Assembly (NCBI RefSeq): GCF_033971325.1
Contig: NZ_CP117180.1
Coordinates: 1,390,472-1,422,471 of the forward strand
Source: Pampinifervens diazotrophicum
Lineage (GTDB): Bacteria; Aquificota; Aquificia; Aquificales; Aquificaceae
Direction: 5' to 3'
DNA length: 32,000 bases
The translations under genes were made by a program, and so were the position numbers. Positions 24,812 through 32,000 of the stretch are shown here, one piece after another; positions within the stretch are counted from its first letter, which is position 1; the number at the start of each line of letters is the position of its first letter. Under the pieces are notes generated by a model. The model saw only the letters and a list, made by a program, of their open reading frames with translations. It ran no database searches and had not been told where the DNA came from.

Positions 24812-25909
24812 ATGAACTTTGATTTCTCACAGCTTAGTATTCCCTTGCGTAAGGCACTCAAGGACTTGGGTTTTGAAAAACCCACTCCAATTCAGAAGGA
24901 AGCCATACCCTTAGCCCTTAAGGGCTACGACATAATGGGTCAGGCTGCAACAGGAACAGGAAAAACCGCCGCCTTTGGTATACCTATCATTGAAGGAAGC
25001 GAAAAGGAAGAAGGGACAACCGCCCTTATAATGACACCTACAAGAGAGCTTGCTATTCAGGTAAAAGAGCAGTTATACCAGCTTTCAAAGTATAAAGGGC
25101 TAAAGGTCTTTAGCTTCTACGGTGGGACACCAGTCCAGAAGGACCTTGAGCTTCTATGGAAGATAACACCAAACATCATAGTAGGGACGCCAGGGAGGAT
25201 AAAGGACCTTAGCATGAGGGGTCTTTTTAACTTTGAGAGCCTAAAATACTTCGTCTTAGATGAGGCGGATAGAATGCTTGATATGGGCTTTATAGAAGAC
25301 ATTGAGTGGATAATAACTCAGCTTCCAAAGGAAAGACAGACCTTTCTCTTTTCTGCTACCATACCAAGAGAGGTAGAAGAGCTTGCCAAGAAACACCTAA
25401 AAAAGGACTACAAGTTTGTTAAGGTTATAACAGAAGAACTAAAGCCAAAGATAGAGGAAAGGCTCATAAAGCTGAGTTCCTCTGGACAAAAGATGTCTGA
25501 GCTTGAGAAGATACTGAGGGAACATGTCCTTGAAAAGGTTATAGTCTTTGTAAAGACAAAAAAGGATGCAAAGGATATAACGCAAGAGCTGAAAAGAAAG
25601 GGCTTTAATGTGGTCTCCCTTCATGGAGATATGACACAAAGGCAGAGAGAAAACGCTCTAAGGCTTTTCAGAGATGGCAAGGTTAAGATAGTAGTGGCTA
25701 CAGATGTAGCCTCAAGAGGGCTTGACATAAAGGGTGTGAGCCTTGTGATAAACTACCATATCCCAGAAGACCCAGAGGTATACATACACCGCATAGGTAG
25801 GACTGGAAGGATAGGCACTTATGGAAAAGCCTACAGCCTTATCACACCTGAAGATAGCAAAGCCCTTTGGAGGATAAAGAAGTTGAAAGAGAGCTACGTT
25901 CAAGCATAG
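24812..25909 (+). CDS. DEAD-box ATP-dependent RNA helicase (minimal two-RecA-domain type)
   Basis: Q motif FEKPTPIQ; motif I AATGTGKT; Ia PTRELA; Ib TPGR; II DEAD (VLDEADRML); III SAT; V/VI VATDVASRGLD and HRIGRTGR. Strong SD AAGGAGG at 24800-24806; TATAAT at 24785-24790. Confidence 0.95.
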   Translation: MNFDFSQLSIPLRKALKDLGFEKPTPIQKEAIPLALKGYDIMGQAATGTGKTAAFGIPIIEGSEKEEGTTALIMTPTRELAIQVKEQLYQLSKYKGLKVFSFYGGTPVQKDLELLWKITPNIIVGTPGRIKDLSMRGLFNFESLKYFVLDEADRMLDMGFIEDIEWIITQLPKERQTFLFSATIPREVEELAKKHLKKDYKFVKVITEELKPKIEERLIKLSSSGQKMSELEKILREHVLEKVIVFVKTKKDAKDITQELKRKGFNVVSLHGDMTQRQRENALRLFRDGKVKIVVATDVASRGLDIKGVSLVINYHIPEDPEVYIHRIGRTGRIGTYGKAYSLITPEDSKALWRIKKLKESYVQA

Positions 25910-25910
25910 G

Positions 25911-26432
25911 ATGGAATTAAGGGATAGAGCTTTAAAGATAAAACTGCTTTTACTTGACGTGGACGGTGTTCTCACAGACGGAAGGCTCTACTACACCTCA
26001 AGGGGTGAGGAGATAAAGGTCTTCAATGTTAGGGACGGACTTGGCATAAAGCTGGCTCAAAGGGCTGGCATAAGGATAGGTGTAATATCTGGAAGAAACA
26101 GCGAGGCACTTATAAACAGGCTAAAGGAACTAAAAGTGGATGAGGTGCATTTAGGCTATAACCAGAAACTCCCAGTGCTTGAGGATATAATAAATAGGCT
26201 TTCTCTTAGCTTGGAAGAGATTGCCTTTCTTGGTGATGACTATGTGGACCTTCCAATTCTGAGAAGGGTGGGCTTTCCTATGGCGGTTTTGGATGCACCA
26301 GAAGAGATAAAAAAACATGCTCTGTATATAACGAAATCAAGGGGTGGGCATGGAGCAGTAAGGGATGCCATAGAGTTTATCTTAAAGCTAAGAGGACAGT
26401 GGGAAGAGGTAATAAGCCAATACTATGCTTAG
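25911..26432 (+). CDS. kdsC: 3-deoxy-D-manno-octulosonate 8-phosphate phosphatase KdsC
   Basis: 173 aa HAD-IIIA. IKLLLLDVDGVLTDGRLYY, FNVRDGLGIKL, GVISGR, FLGDDYVDLP, GGHGAVRD. Followed by lptC and lptA as in the canonical kdsC-lptC-lptA cluster. Confidence 0.9.
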   Translation: MELRDRALKIKLLLLDVDGVLTDGRLYYTSRGEEIKVFNVRDGLGIKLAQRAGIRIGVISGRNSEALINRLKELKVDEVHLGYNQKLPVLEDIINRLSLSLEEIAFLGDDYVDLPILRRVGFPMAVLDAPEEIKKHALYITKSRGGHGAVRDAIEFILKLRGQWEEVISQYYA

Positions 26433-26916
26433 GAGTTTAGTCTTTAGTTTACTGATAATATTTCTTGCTTTCACTGTTAGGATGTATATAGACAGCTTTG
26501 CAACAGATAGTGGACAAGAAGAGATGGTAAACCTCCTTGAGGGCGTAACAATAAAAGCCTATAGTAGGACTGGTATTGAGTGGACTATAAGGGGTAAGAG
26601 CCTTGAGGTGGTTGGCAAGGACGTTAAGCTCTACGAGGCGGAGCTCTTTTCAACGGAGGCTAACATAAAGGCTGTTCAGGCTTATATAGACAGGTCTACA
26701 GGAGAAGGAATGCTCACAGAAGGGGTGGAGGTTAAGTCTGAAGACATTACCGCAAAGACACAAAGCGCATACATAAACCTAAATGAGGGTAAAATATGGG
26801 GAGAAGGGAACGTCCAAATATTGCAGGGAGAAAATCTCATAAGGGGTAAGGGCTTTGAGATAACCCTAAAGCCTCTAAAAGTTATAATTAATAGAGCGAG
26901 GACGGACATAAGATGA
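26425..26916 (+). CDS. lptC: LPS export system protein LptC-like
   Basis: 163 aa with a single N-terminal TM anchor and a beta-jellyroll-like body. Its position between kdsC and lptA supports the call; the sequence itself is weakly diagnostic. Confidence 0.65.
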   Translation: MLRSLVFSLLIIFLAFTVRMYIDSFATDSGQEEMVNLLEGVTIKAYSRTGIEWTIRGKSLEVVGKDVKLYEAELFSTEANIKAVQAYIDRSTGEGMLTEGVEVKSEDITAKTQSAYINLNEGKIWGEGNVQILQGENLIRGKGFEITLKPLKVIINRARTDIR

Positions 26917-27371
26917 GAAAGGTTGTAATTCTTTTGTTCTTAATACCTACGCTTATGTTTGCACAGCCCATAGTAGGCGAAGCGGACAATCTCACCTATG
27001 AGAAGGATAAGGTGGTGTATTCAGGAAATGTGAGAATCACAAGAGGGGACATGCTGCTTACTGCAAACAGAGTAGTTATAAACTTGGACGAAAACAGAAG
27101 GGCAAGGCTCATAGAAGCGGAGGGAAATGCAAGATATACGGAGGGAAACAGAAGAGCCTCTGCTAACAAAATGGTCTACGACATGCAGAACGAGGTTATA
27201 ACCCTTATAGGAAAAGCAAGAGTGGAGGAAGGACAGAATTTCCTTGAAGCGGACGAGATAGTTTACTACAGAAAAGAAGATAGGGCGGTTGCGGTCAGTA
27301 AAAATTCACGGGTAAGAACCTTCTATGTGGAGGAAAAGGATGAAAAAAACAGACCTAATAGAAAGCCTTAG
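26913..27371 (+). CDS. lptA: LPS transport periplasmic protein LptA (OstA N-terminal-like)
   Basis: Signal peptide MRKVVILLFLIPTLMFA. OstA-like repeats: GEADNLTYEKDKVVYSGNVRITRGDMLLTANRVVINLDE..., AEGNARYTEGNRRASANKMVYD...ITLIGKARVEEGQNFLEADEIVYY. ATGA overlap with lptC. Confidence 0.78.
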   Translation: MRKVVILLFLIPTLMFAQPIVGEADNLTYEKDKVVYSGNVRITRGDMLLTANRVVINLDENRRARLIEAEGNARYTEGNRRASANKMVYDMQNEVITLIGKARVEEGQNFLEADEIVYYRKEDRAVAVSKNSRVRTFYVEEKDEKNRPNRKP

Positions 27372-27621
27372 GAAGGAGTTTAATATAAAAAACAGGGCGG
27401 ACGCTAAGCTCTTTGTGGACAGTTTTTTTGAAGAGATAGTTAACCTTGTTCTTGAAAAGGGTAGGCTTGAGCTCAGAGGCTTTGGCGTTTTTAAGATAAG
27501 GAGGCTGAGCGGAAGGTTTATAAAGAACCCCAAGACTGGCATAGAGATGTATGTGGAAGAAAGGTATAGCATAGGCTTTAAACCCTCAAGTCTTTTCAAT
27601 AAAGAGCATGATAAGGTTTGA
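27340..27621 (+). CDS. HU/IHF-family nucleoid-associated DNA-binding protein
   Basis: MKKTDLIESLRKEF...AKLFVDSFFEEIVNLVLEKGRLELRGFGVFKIRRLSGRFIKNPKTGIEMYVEERYSIGFKPS matches the HU/IHF fold signature (RGFG.F....R..R.GRNP.TGE...I......FKP). I prefer the start at the second Met of the track ORF. Confidence 0.85.
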   Translation: MKKTDLIESLRKEFNIKNRADAKLFVDSFFEEIVNLVLEKGRLELRGFGVFKIRRLSGRFIKNPKTGIEMYVEERYSIGFKPSSLFNKEHDKV

Positions 27622-28648
27622 TGTTTTAATAGTTGGAGGAGGTCCAGCAGGCTCTTCTTGTGCCTATAGGCTTGCAAAGGCTGGTAAAAGGGTTTTGGTG
27701 GTTGACATAAAAAGAAGTATAGGAAAGCCTGTGCAATGTGCGGAGTTTGTCCCTATTCAGCTATACCATCAGTTTAAGGAGTTCTTTCCAGAAGAAGCTA
27801 TAGCTCAGAGGGTAAAGAATATGGTTCATTTTACACCTTGGGGAGAGGTGGTAAGTATGTGGTCGGAGGGCTTTGTATTAAACAGAGAGGTCTTTGACGC
27901 TCAGATAGCCAAGCTGGCACAGGAGCAGGGTGCGGTATATATGCTTAGAACACAATTTTTGGGCTTTGAAGATGGTTTTGCATGGCTTGAAGAGATTGAC
28001 ACGAGAGAAAAGTTTCCAGTAAAGGCGGACTTTGTAGTGGGTGCGGACGGACCAAGGTCAAAGGTGGCAAGGCTCACTGGTGAAAAAACCCAGACATTTC
28101 TCACCACTGCACAAAGCACATTGGAGCTGACAAAGGAGCTTGAAGACCTTCTTATATACTTTAGAGACTACATACCTGGAGGATACGGCTGGGTCTTTCC
28201 AAAGGGAAGGCTCGCCAACGTGGGAGTGGGGGTTGACCCAGATTATGGAGTTAATGTGATGGAAAGTCTCAAAAGGTTCGTAGAAGAGGTTGTTGCAGAG
28301 GGTGTAGTAGAGAAGCAAGTAATAAAAAGAACGGGCGGATGGATACCTGCGGATGGGCTACTGCCTTTGGTAAGAAAGAGGGTTCTGCTTGTGGGGGATG
28401 CGGGTGGCTTTTGTCATCCCATAACTGGCGGTGGAATAGCCAACGCGGTCATATCGGGGGATATGGCAGGTAAAGCATTATGTGAGGATTCTCCAGAAGA
28501 GTTTGAAGAGGAAGCTCAAGAGGTCTTTGGGAGCACCCTCTGGAGGGCATCAGAAAAGAGGAAAAAACACATGAAAAGATGGGACAACCTAAAGGAAATA
28601 ATCCCAAAAACATGGATAGCCTTTGAAGAATATTGGCGTATAATTTAA
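27608..28648 (+). CDS. FAD-dependent oxidoreductase, geranylgeranyl reductase family
   Basis: N-terminal Rossmann FDVLIVGGGPAGSSCAYRLAKAGKRVLVVD. GGR-family blocks KPVQCAEFVP, VGADGPRS, YGWVFPKG, LVGDAGGFCHPITGGGI. Confidence 0.8.
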   Translation: MIRFDVLIVGGGPAGSSCAYRLAKAGKRVLVVDIKRSIGKPVQCAEFVPIQLYHQFKEFFPEEAIAQRVKNMVHFTPWGEVVSMWSEGFVLNREVFDAQIAKLAQEQGAVYMLRTQFLGFEDGFAWLEEIDTREKFPVKADFVVGADGPRSKVARLTGEKTQTFLTTAQSTLELTKELEDLLIYFRDYIPGGYGWVFPKGRLANVGVGVDPDYGVNVMESLKRFVEEVVAEGVVEKQVIKRTGGWIPADGLLPLVRKRVLLVGDAGGFCHPITGGGIANAVISGDMAGKALCEDSPEEFEEEAQEVFGSTLWRASEKRKKHMKRWDNLKEIIPKTWIAFEEYWRII

Positions 28649-28664
28649 GTTAGGAGGTGGTTAA

Positions 28665-29513
28665 ATGGACTTTTTAGGAAGAGACCAATCACCACTTACT
28701 TTTGAAGAATGGGAGCAATTAGAAAGTGCGGTTATTGATGTGGCTAAAAAGACCCTTGTATGCAGAAGGTTTATGCCAATTATAGGACCTATAGGTGTCG
28801 GGCATCAGGTAATAGCCTACGATGTTTACCTTGGGGTAGAACCGGGAGTATGTGAGGTGAAACCAGGAGAAGAGAGCGAAGCCTGCGAGCCTGTGAGAAC
28901 AGGAAGAAGAAAATACATAACCCTTCCCACCATATTCAAGCCTTTCTCCATAACTTGGAGAGACATTGAATACTTCAGACAATTTAACTTGCCAATTGAT
29001 ACCTCTCAGGCATCTGCTGCAGCCTTTGCCACTGCAGTGGCGGAAGATACCCTCATAATTCACGGCAATCCAAAAATGGAAATAGAGGGTTTTCTTACCG
29101 TGGAAGGAAGGCAGAGCATGTCCATGAGCGATTGGGATGTGCTTGGCAACGCCTTTAACGATGCAGCTCTGGGTATATCAAAGCTCTCGGAGAAGGGATT
29201 TTATGGACCATACTATCTTCTACTGAACCCAAGGGACTACTTTAAGCTCAATAGGGTCTATCACAACACGGGACTTCTTGAGATTGAGCAGATTAAAAAG
29301 CTGGTTTCTGATGTATACCACACACCTATAGTCCCAGAAGGAAAGGCTATTCTCCTGTCCACAGGACCACAAAATATGGACCTTGTCCTTGGGCTTGACT
29401 TTAGCCTTGCCTATGTGGAATCTACCAACATGGTGCACCACTTTAGAGTTATGGAAATAGTCGCACCACGCATAAAGAGACCTGGTGCCATAATGGTAAT
29501 AGGCGAAAAGTGA
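28665..29513 (+). CDS. Encapsulin nanocompartment shell protein (Family 1, HK97-fold, linocin M18-like)
   Basis: Full-length colinear similarity, from memory, to T. maritima encapsulin. [42 protein letters not shown] aligns with [57 protein letters not shown] aligns with [50 protein letters not shown] aligns with [31 protein letters not shown]. Strong SD TAGGAGGTGG 7 nt upstream. Confidence 0.9.
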   Translation: [282 protein letters not shown]

Positions 29514-31354
29514 AAGAGCGTTGGAAGGTAATAGAGAAGCTCCTTTCTGATGAGTATGACATAGAGGTTCAGGCAAGCTACGAGGGTTGGGGAGCTGGCT
29601 ATGACCCTAAGTTTCTACCTCTCACCGAAATGTGGGCAAAGGGGGAAATAGAGGATGTGCCAGAACCAGTAAAGCGACCCTCTGGCATTGCCTTCTATCT
29701 TCAGGAAGTCTCTAACAAACCAGAAGAGGAAGCCATAAATATCATAAGGCATGAGATAGAGTATCTTTTTAGCACTGACCTCTACCTTTGGAGGATTGGT
29801 CAAAGGGAATTCTATAAATTTGGCTTTACGCCTACGTCCTTTTTAGTGCTTTATGCGGTTTTGGAGTCTATAAAAACAGACGAAAGGCTTATAAAAAGCC
29901 ATCCAGATAGCTTGCAAACTGTAAAAAAGCATTACAAAAACATATTTAATAACTTAGAAACCTACTATCCACACCACCTTTTTGCTATTTCTCTTCTGGA
30001 AAACTGGCTTGGTGAAGGGAACTATCAAAAAGATACACAGAAATTCCTCCAAGAGTATCTAAATGCAAAAAGCAGGGATGCCTATGACATAATTATGGAG
30101 GACCTCTTTGGAAGATACATGAGTCATATAGAAAAGGCACAAGACATAAACTATGTTGACCTGCTTTTGGAAGAGGCAAGAGGAAAGACCAGAGTTGATG
30201 CCCACAGAGGCAGGATAATGACAGACCTTCTAAAGAAACTACCAGAACATCTTCAAGAGATAATAGTGCAAAACAAGGACAAAAGGGCGGTTGATATATC
30301 AGAAGCGGACAGAAAAGAAATACTCAAAAGTCTAAAGGCAGTCCCAGACTGGATGCGAGACTACCTAAAGCAGATGTCTTACATAAACTTGATAGAGAGG
30401 GATGTGGAGTTTATAAGACACTTTTTGCCAAAAACCCTTGAGGTTGATATAGAACACAGAGGCTTTTTGAGCTTTATTATAAAGGGATGGGAAGAGCAGT
30501 CTTCTTCCTCTTCTCAGTCTGGCTTTGGAAGAAGCAAAAGGGAAAAAACAGAAGAGGACAGACTGTATGAGAAGGCTTACGGTCTTGGAAAGGAAGACTT
30601 TATGGTTTACAAAAGAATGCTCTCTGATATTTTGCCACACATAGACGCTTTAAAGAGAAAACTGGTCAAACTCATGCCACAAGAAGAAGAAGGTTGGACC
30701 GGAAAGCACTTCTATGGTAGAAGGATTGATACTAAAAGCCTAAGCGTGGAAGCTCCTCTTGGAAGAGGAAAAATATACATGAGAAGGCATATACCAGTAA
30801 GAAAAGAGTTAGCCTTCAAGCTCCTCATAGATATTTCCACTTCTATGAAAAGAGAGGACAAAATACAAAACGCCATAAAGGCTCTTTTGCTTTTTTCAGA
30901 GGTTATAGAAAGCCTTAAAATGTCCTTTTCCATAGATGTGTTTTCAGACAGGGTTTTTAGACTAAAGGCGTTTTCAGAGGACTACAAAAGTGTAAAGTGG
31001 AAGATAGTAGAGCTTTTTAACCTGCTGGGCGGTGGGACAAACCTTGAAAAAGCCCTTATATATTCTTATGAAGACCTTCAGACCTTCTGCTTGAAAAATC
31101 ACATTAGGGGATGTATTGTAGTTTTTTCTGATGGAGAGCCCACAAGAGGTCTAAAAGGTCAAGAGCTAAAAAGCCTTATAGCACAGATAAAGGCAAGAAT
31201 ACCAATCATAGGCATAGGAGTTGGCACAGAAAGAAATTACACAGACTATTACTTTGAGAAAAGTGCTATAAGGATAAGGAGCATAAGCGAGCTTCCTACT
31301 GCCTTTACAAGGATAATAGAAAATCAGGCAAGGAGGCTTCTATCCTTTCAATAG
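29510..31354 (+). CDS. Large VWA (von Willebrand factor A) domain protein with intact MIDAS motif and an uncharacterised ~330-aa N-terminal region; translationally coupled to the encapsulin gene
   Basis: GTG start overlapping the encapsulin TGA (GTGA). The C-terminal ~170 aa is VWA: DISTS (DxSxS, nt 30830-30844), GGGTNLEKAL, VVFSDGEPT, IIGIGVG. A Ser-rich linker EEQSSSSSQSGFGRSKREKTEED separates it from a helical N-terminal region with no family I recognise. Confidence 0.8.
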   Translation: MKERWKVIEKLLSDEYDIEVQASYEGWGAGYDPKFLPLTEMWAKGEIEDVPEPVKRPSGIAFYLQEVSNKPEEEAINIIRHEIEYLFSTDLYLWRIGQREFYKFGFTPTSFLVLYAVLESIKTDERLIKSHPDSLQTVKKHYKNIFNNLETYYPHHLFAISLLENWLGEGNYQKDTQKFLQEYLNAKSRDAYDIIMEDLFGRYMSHIEKAQDINYVDLLLEEARGKTRVDAHRGRIMTDLLKKLPEHLQEIIVQNKDKRAVDISEADRKEILKSLKAVPDWMRDYLKQMSYINLIERDVEFIRHFLPKTLEVDIEHRGFLSFIIKGWEEQSSSSSQSGFGRSKREKTEEDRLYEKAYGLGKEDFMVYKRMLSDILPHIDALKRKLVKLMPQEEEGWTGKHFYGRRIDTKSLSVEAPLGRGKIYMRRHIPVRKELAFKLLIDISTSMKREDKIQNAIKALLLFSEVIESLKMSFSIDVFSDRVFRLKAFSEDYKSVKWKIVELFNLLGGGTNLEKALIYSYEDLQTFCLKNHIRGCIVVFSDGEPTRGLKGQELKSLIAQIKARIPIIGIGVGTERNYTDYYFEKSAIRIRSISELPTAFTRIIENQARRLLSFQ

Positions 31355-31667
31355 CCACCTTTATACCCTCTTCTGGCTTTTCTATCACAAAAAGGTAATC
31401 AGTAGCCCTTTCATGCTTTAATGCCTCTTGCAAAAACTCACGAGCCTGTGTGTCTTGACCAAGAGCAAAGTTAAGCAATGCCAAAAGCAGATATTTCTCT
31501 TGGCAGTCCTTTGCAAGCATTAGCCACTTGGTTGCCTCAAGATATTTAAACTCTACCACATACCTTATGCCTATATAGAGAGGTTCACGAAAGGCTATAA
31601 AGTCCTCTTTGCTAAGTTTTTTACCTTCCTTGCTGTAGACCACTACTCTAAACCTGACTCTCATCAC
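31305..31667 (-). CDS. Hypothetical protein (120 aa), possibly a single TPR-like helical hairpin
   Basis: ORF with coding-like composition. EATKWLMLAKDCQEKYLLLALLNFALGQDTQAREFLQEALK looks TPR-like. Its 3' end overlaps the convergent VWA gene by 50 nt. Confidence 0.4.
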   Translation of the reverse strand: MMRVRFRVVVYSKEGKKLSKEDFIAFREPLYIGIRYVVEFKYLEATKWLMLAKDCQEKYLLLALLNFALGQDTQAREFLQEALKHERATDYLFVIEKPEEGIKVAIERIEASLPDFLLSL

Positions 31668-31714
31668 ACGAACCCATCATACAAAATGCGAAGGTAAAGT
31701 TTAGATTAACTACT

Positions 31715-31927
31715 ATGAAAGTTTACAACAAGGAAGATTTATCATACAAGAATATAGTGGTGCTTGAAGATGGCAAGCCTCCCGAAAAGATTGAAGTTAC
31801 AGAGGATATTATAAAAATCTACTCCTCAAGAAAGGTCTTTGAAATACCCGCAAAATCCCTGAGAGGAAAAGCTATTCTTGATAGGCTAAACTATCAGGGC
31901 GAGCTTACACAAGAGATATATATTTAG
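31715..31927 (+). CDS. Hypothetical small protein (70 aa)
   Basis: ORF only; I recognise no family. The composition resembles neighbouring genes. Confidence 0.35.
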   Translation: MKVYNKEDLSYKNIVVLEDGKPPEKIEVTEDIIKIYSSRKVFEIPAKSLRGKAILDRLNYQGELTQEIYI

Positions 31928-31956
31928 TAGACTAATACCTTAGCAAGGAGGCTTGC

Positions 31957-32000
31957 ATGGACAGAGTGGAGAGCTTTCTTTTTGAAGTTTCAGAAAAGGC
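31957..32000 (+). CDS. 5' end of an unidentified CDS running off the window
   Basis: ATG at 31957 is preceded by SD AAGGAGG (31945-31951). The frame is open to the window end (MDRVESFLFEVSEK...). Confidence 0.4.
   Translation, partial: MDRVESFLFEVSEK

Noticed and set aside
27306-27677. A 123-aa minus-strand ORF spanning the lptA/HU/GGR junctions, and the minus-strand ORFs 28719-29063 and 29220-29576 inside the encapsulin gene.
   Set aside because: They are antisense to well-supported plus-strand genes and have implausible composition (Leu/Ser/Phe/Cys-rich). They show no translation signals.
27608-28648. The GGR-like flavoprotein considered as a conventional encapsulin cargo, since it occupies the classical upstream cargo position.
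   Set aside because: Its C-terminus (…KTWIAFEEYWRII) shows no GSL-type targeting peptide and no flexible linker. It also overlaps the HU/IHF gene upstream, so it may simply be a neighbouring housekeeping gene. It is kept only as a hypothesis within the encapsulin finding.
29750-29764. The HEIEY motif in the VWA protein N-terminal region, considered as a possible zinc-metalloprotease HExxH site.
   Set aside because: The second His is replaced by Tyr (HExxY), and no downstream third ligand motif is evident. This is insufficient to call a peptidase.
1-32000. CRISPR arrays, IS elements/transposases, integrases, rRNA genes, long direct or inverted repeats.
   Set aside because: None was seen on either strand by reading the sequence and the ORF track. 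The window is about 97% occupied by ordinary-looking genes, and the intergenic gaps are each 165 nt or shorter.

Overview
This is a compact bacterial chromosome segment with almost no intergenic space. GC looks mid-40s% by eye, the proteins are rich in E/K/I/L/V/R, and many start/stop codons overlap as ATGA, GTGA or TAATG. The style fits a thermophilic Aquificae-type genome (Hydrogenobacter, Thermocrinis or Aquifex-like), but I cannot verify that here.

Gene order:
- Envelope and division: GT9 heptosyltransferase 3' end; SEDS (FtsW/RodA) gene; tRNA-Asn(GTT) immediately followed by minCDE; a NagD-like HAD hydrolase; two SurA/PpiC-like chaperones; a BASS transporter; rlpA.
- Molybdate and signalling: an XRE-HTH/PBP-like regulator translationally coupled to modABC; phoU plus an orphan HAMP-PAS histidine kinase.
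- Minus-strand run: three uncharacterised small genes (one a triple zinc-ribbon protein), mobB, plsC, a Usp-like gene, thrS and a small Cys protein.
- Formate dehydrogenase: tRNA-Sec (selC), then the respiratory FDH-N-type operon fdnG(Sec)-fdnH-fdnI-fdhE plus a GcvH-like gene. The ORF track splits fdnG at an in-frame TGA, which is a selenocysteine codon followed by an E. coli-type SECIS hairpin.
- Right-hand end: DEAD-box helicase; kdsC-lptC-lptA; an HU/IHF gene; a geranylgeranyl-reductase-like flavoprotein.

The most interesting locus follows at about 28.7-31.4 kb. A Family-1-type encapsulin shell gene is translationally coupled to a 614-aa protein carrying an intact VWA/MIDAS domain. No canonical encapsulin cargo (DyP, ferritin-like, hemerythrin, IMEF) and no recognisable GSL-type targeting peptide is visible nearby.

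I found no CRISPR array, IS element, rRNA or obvious prophage.
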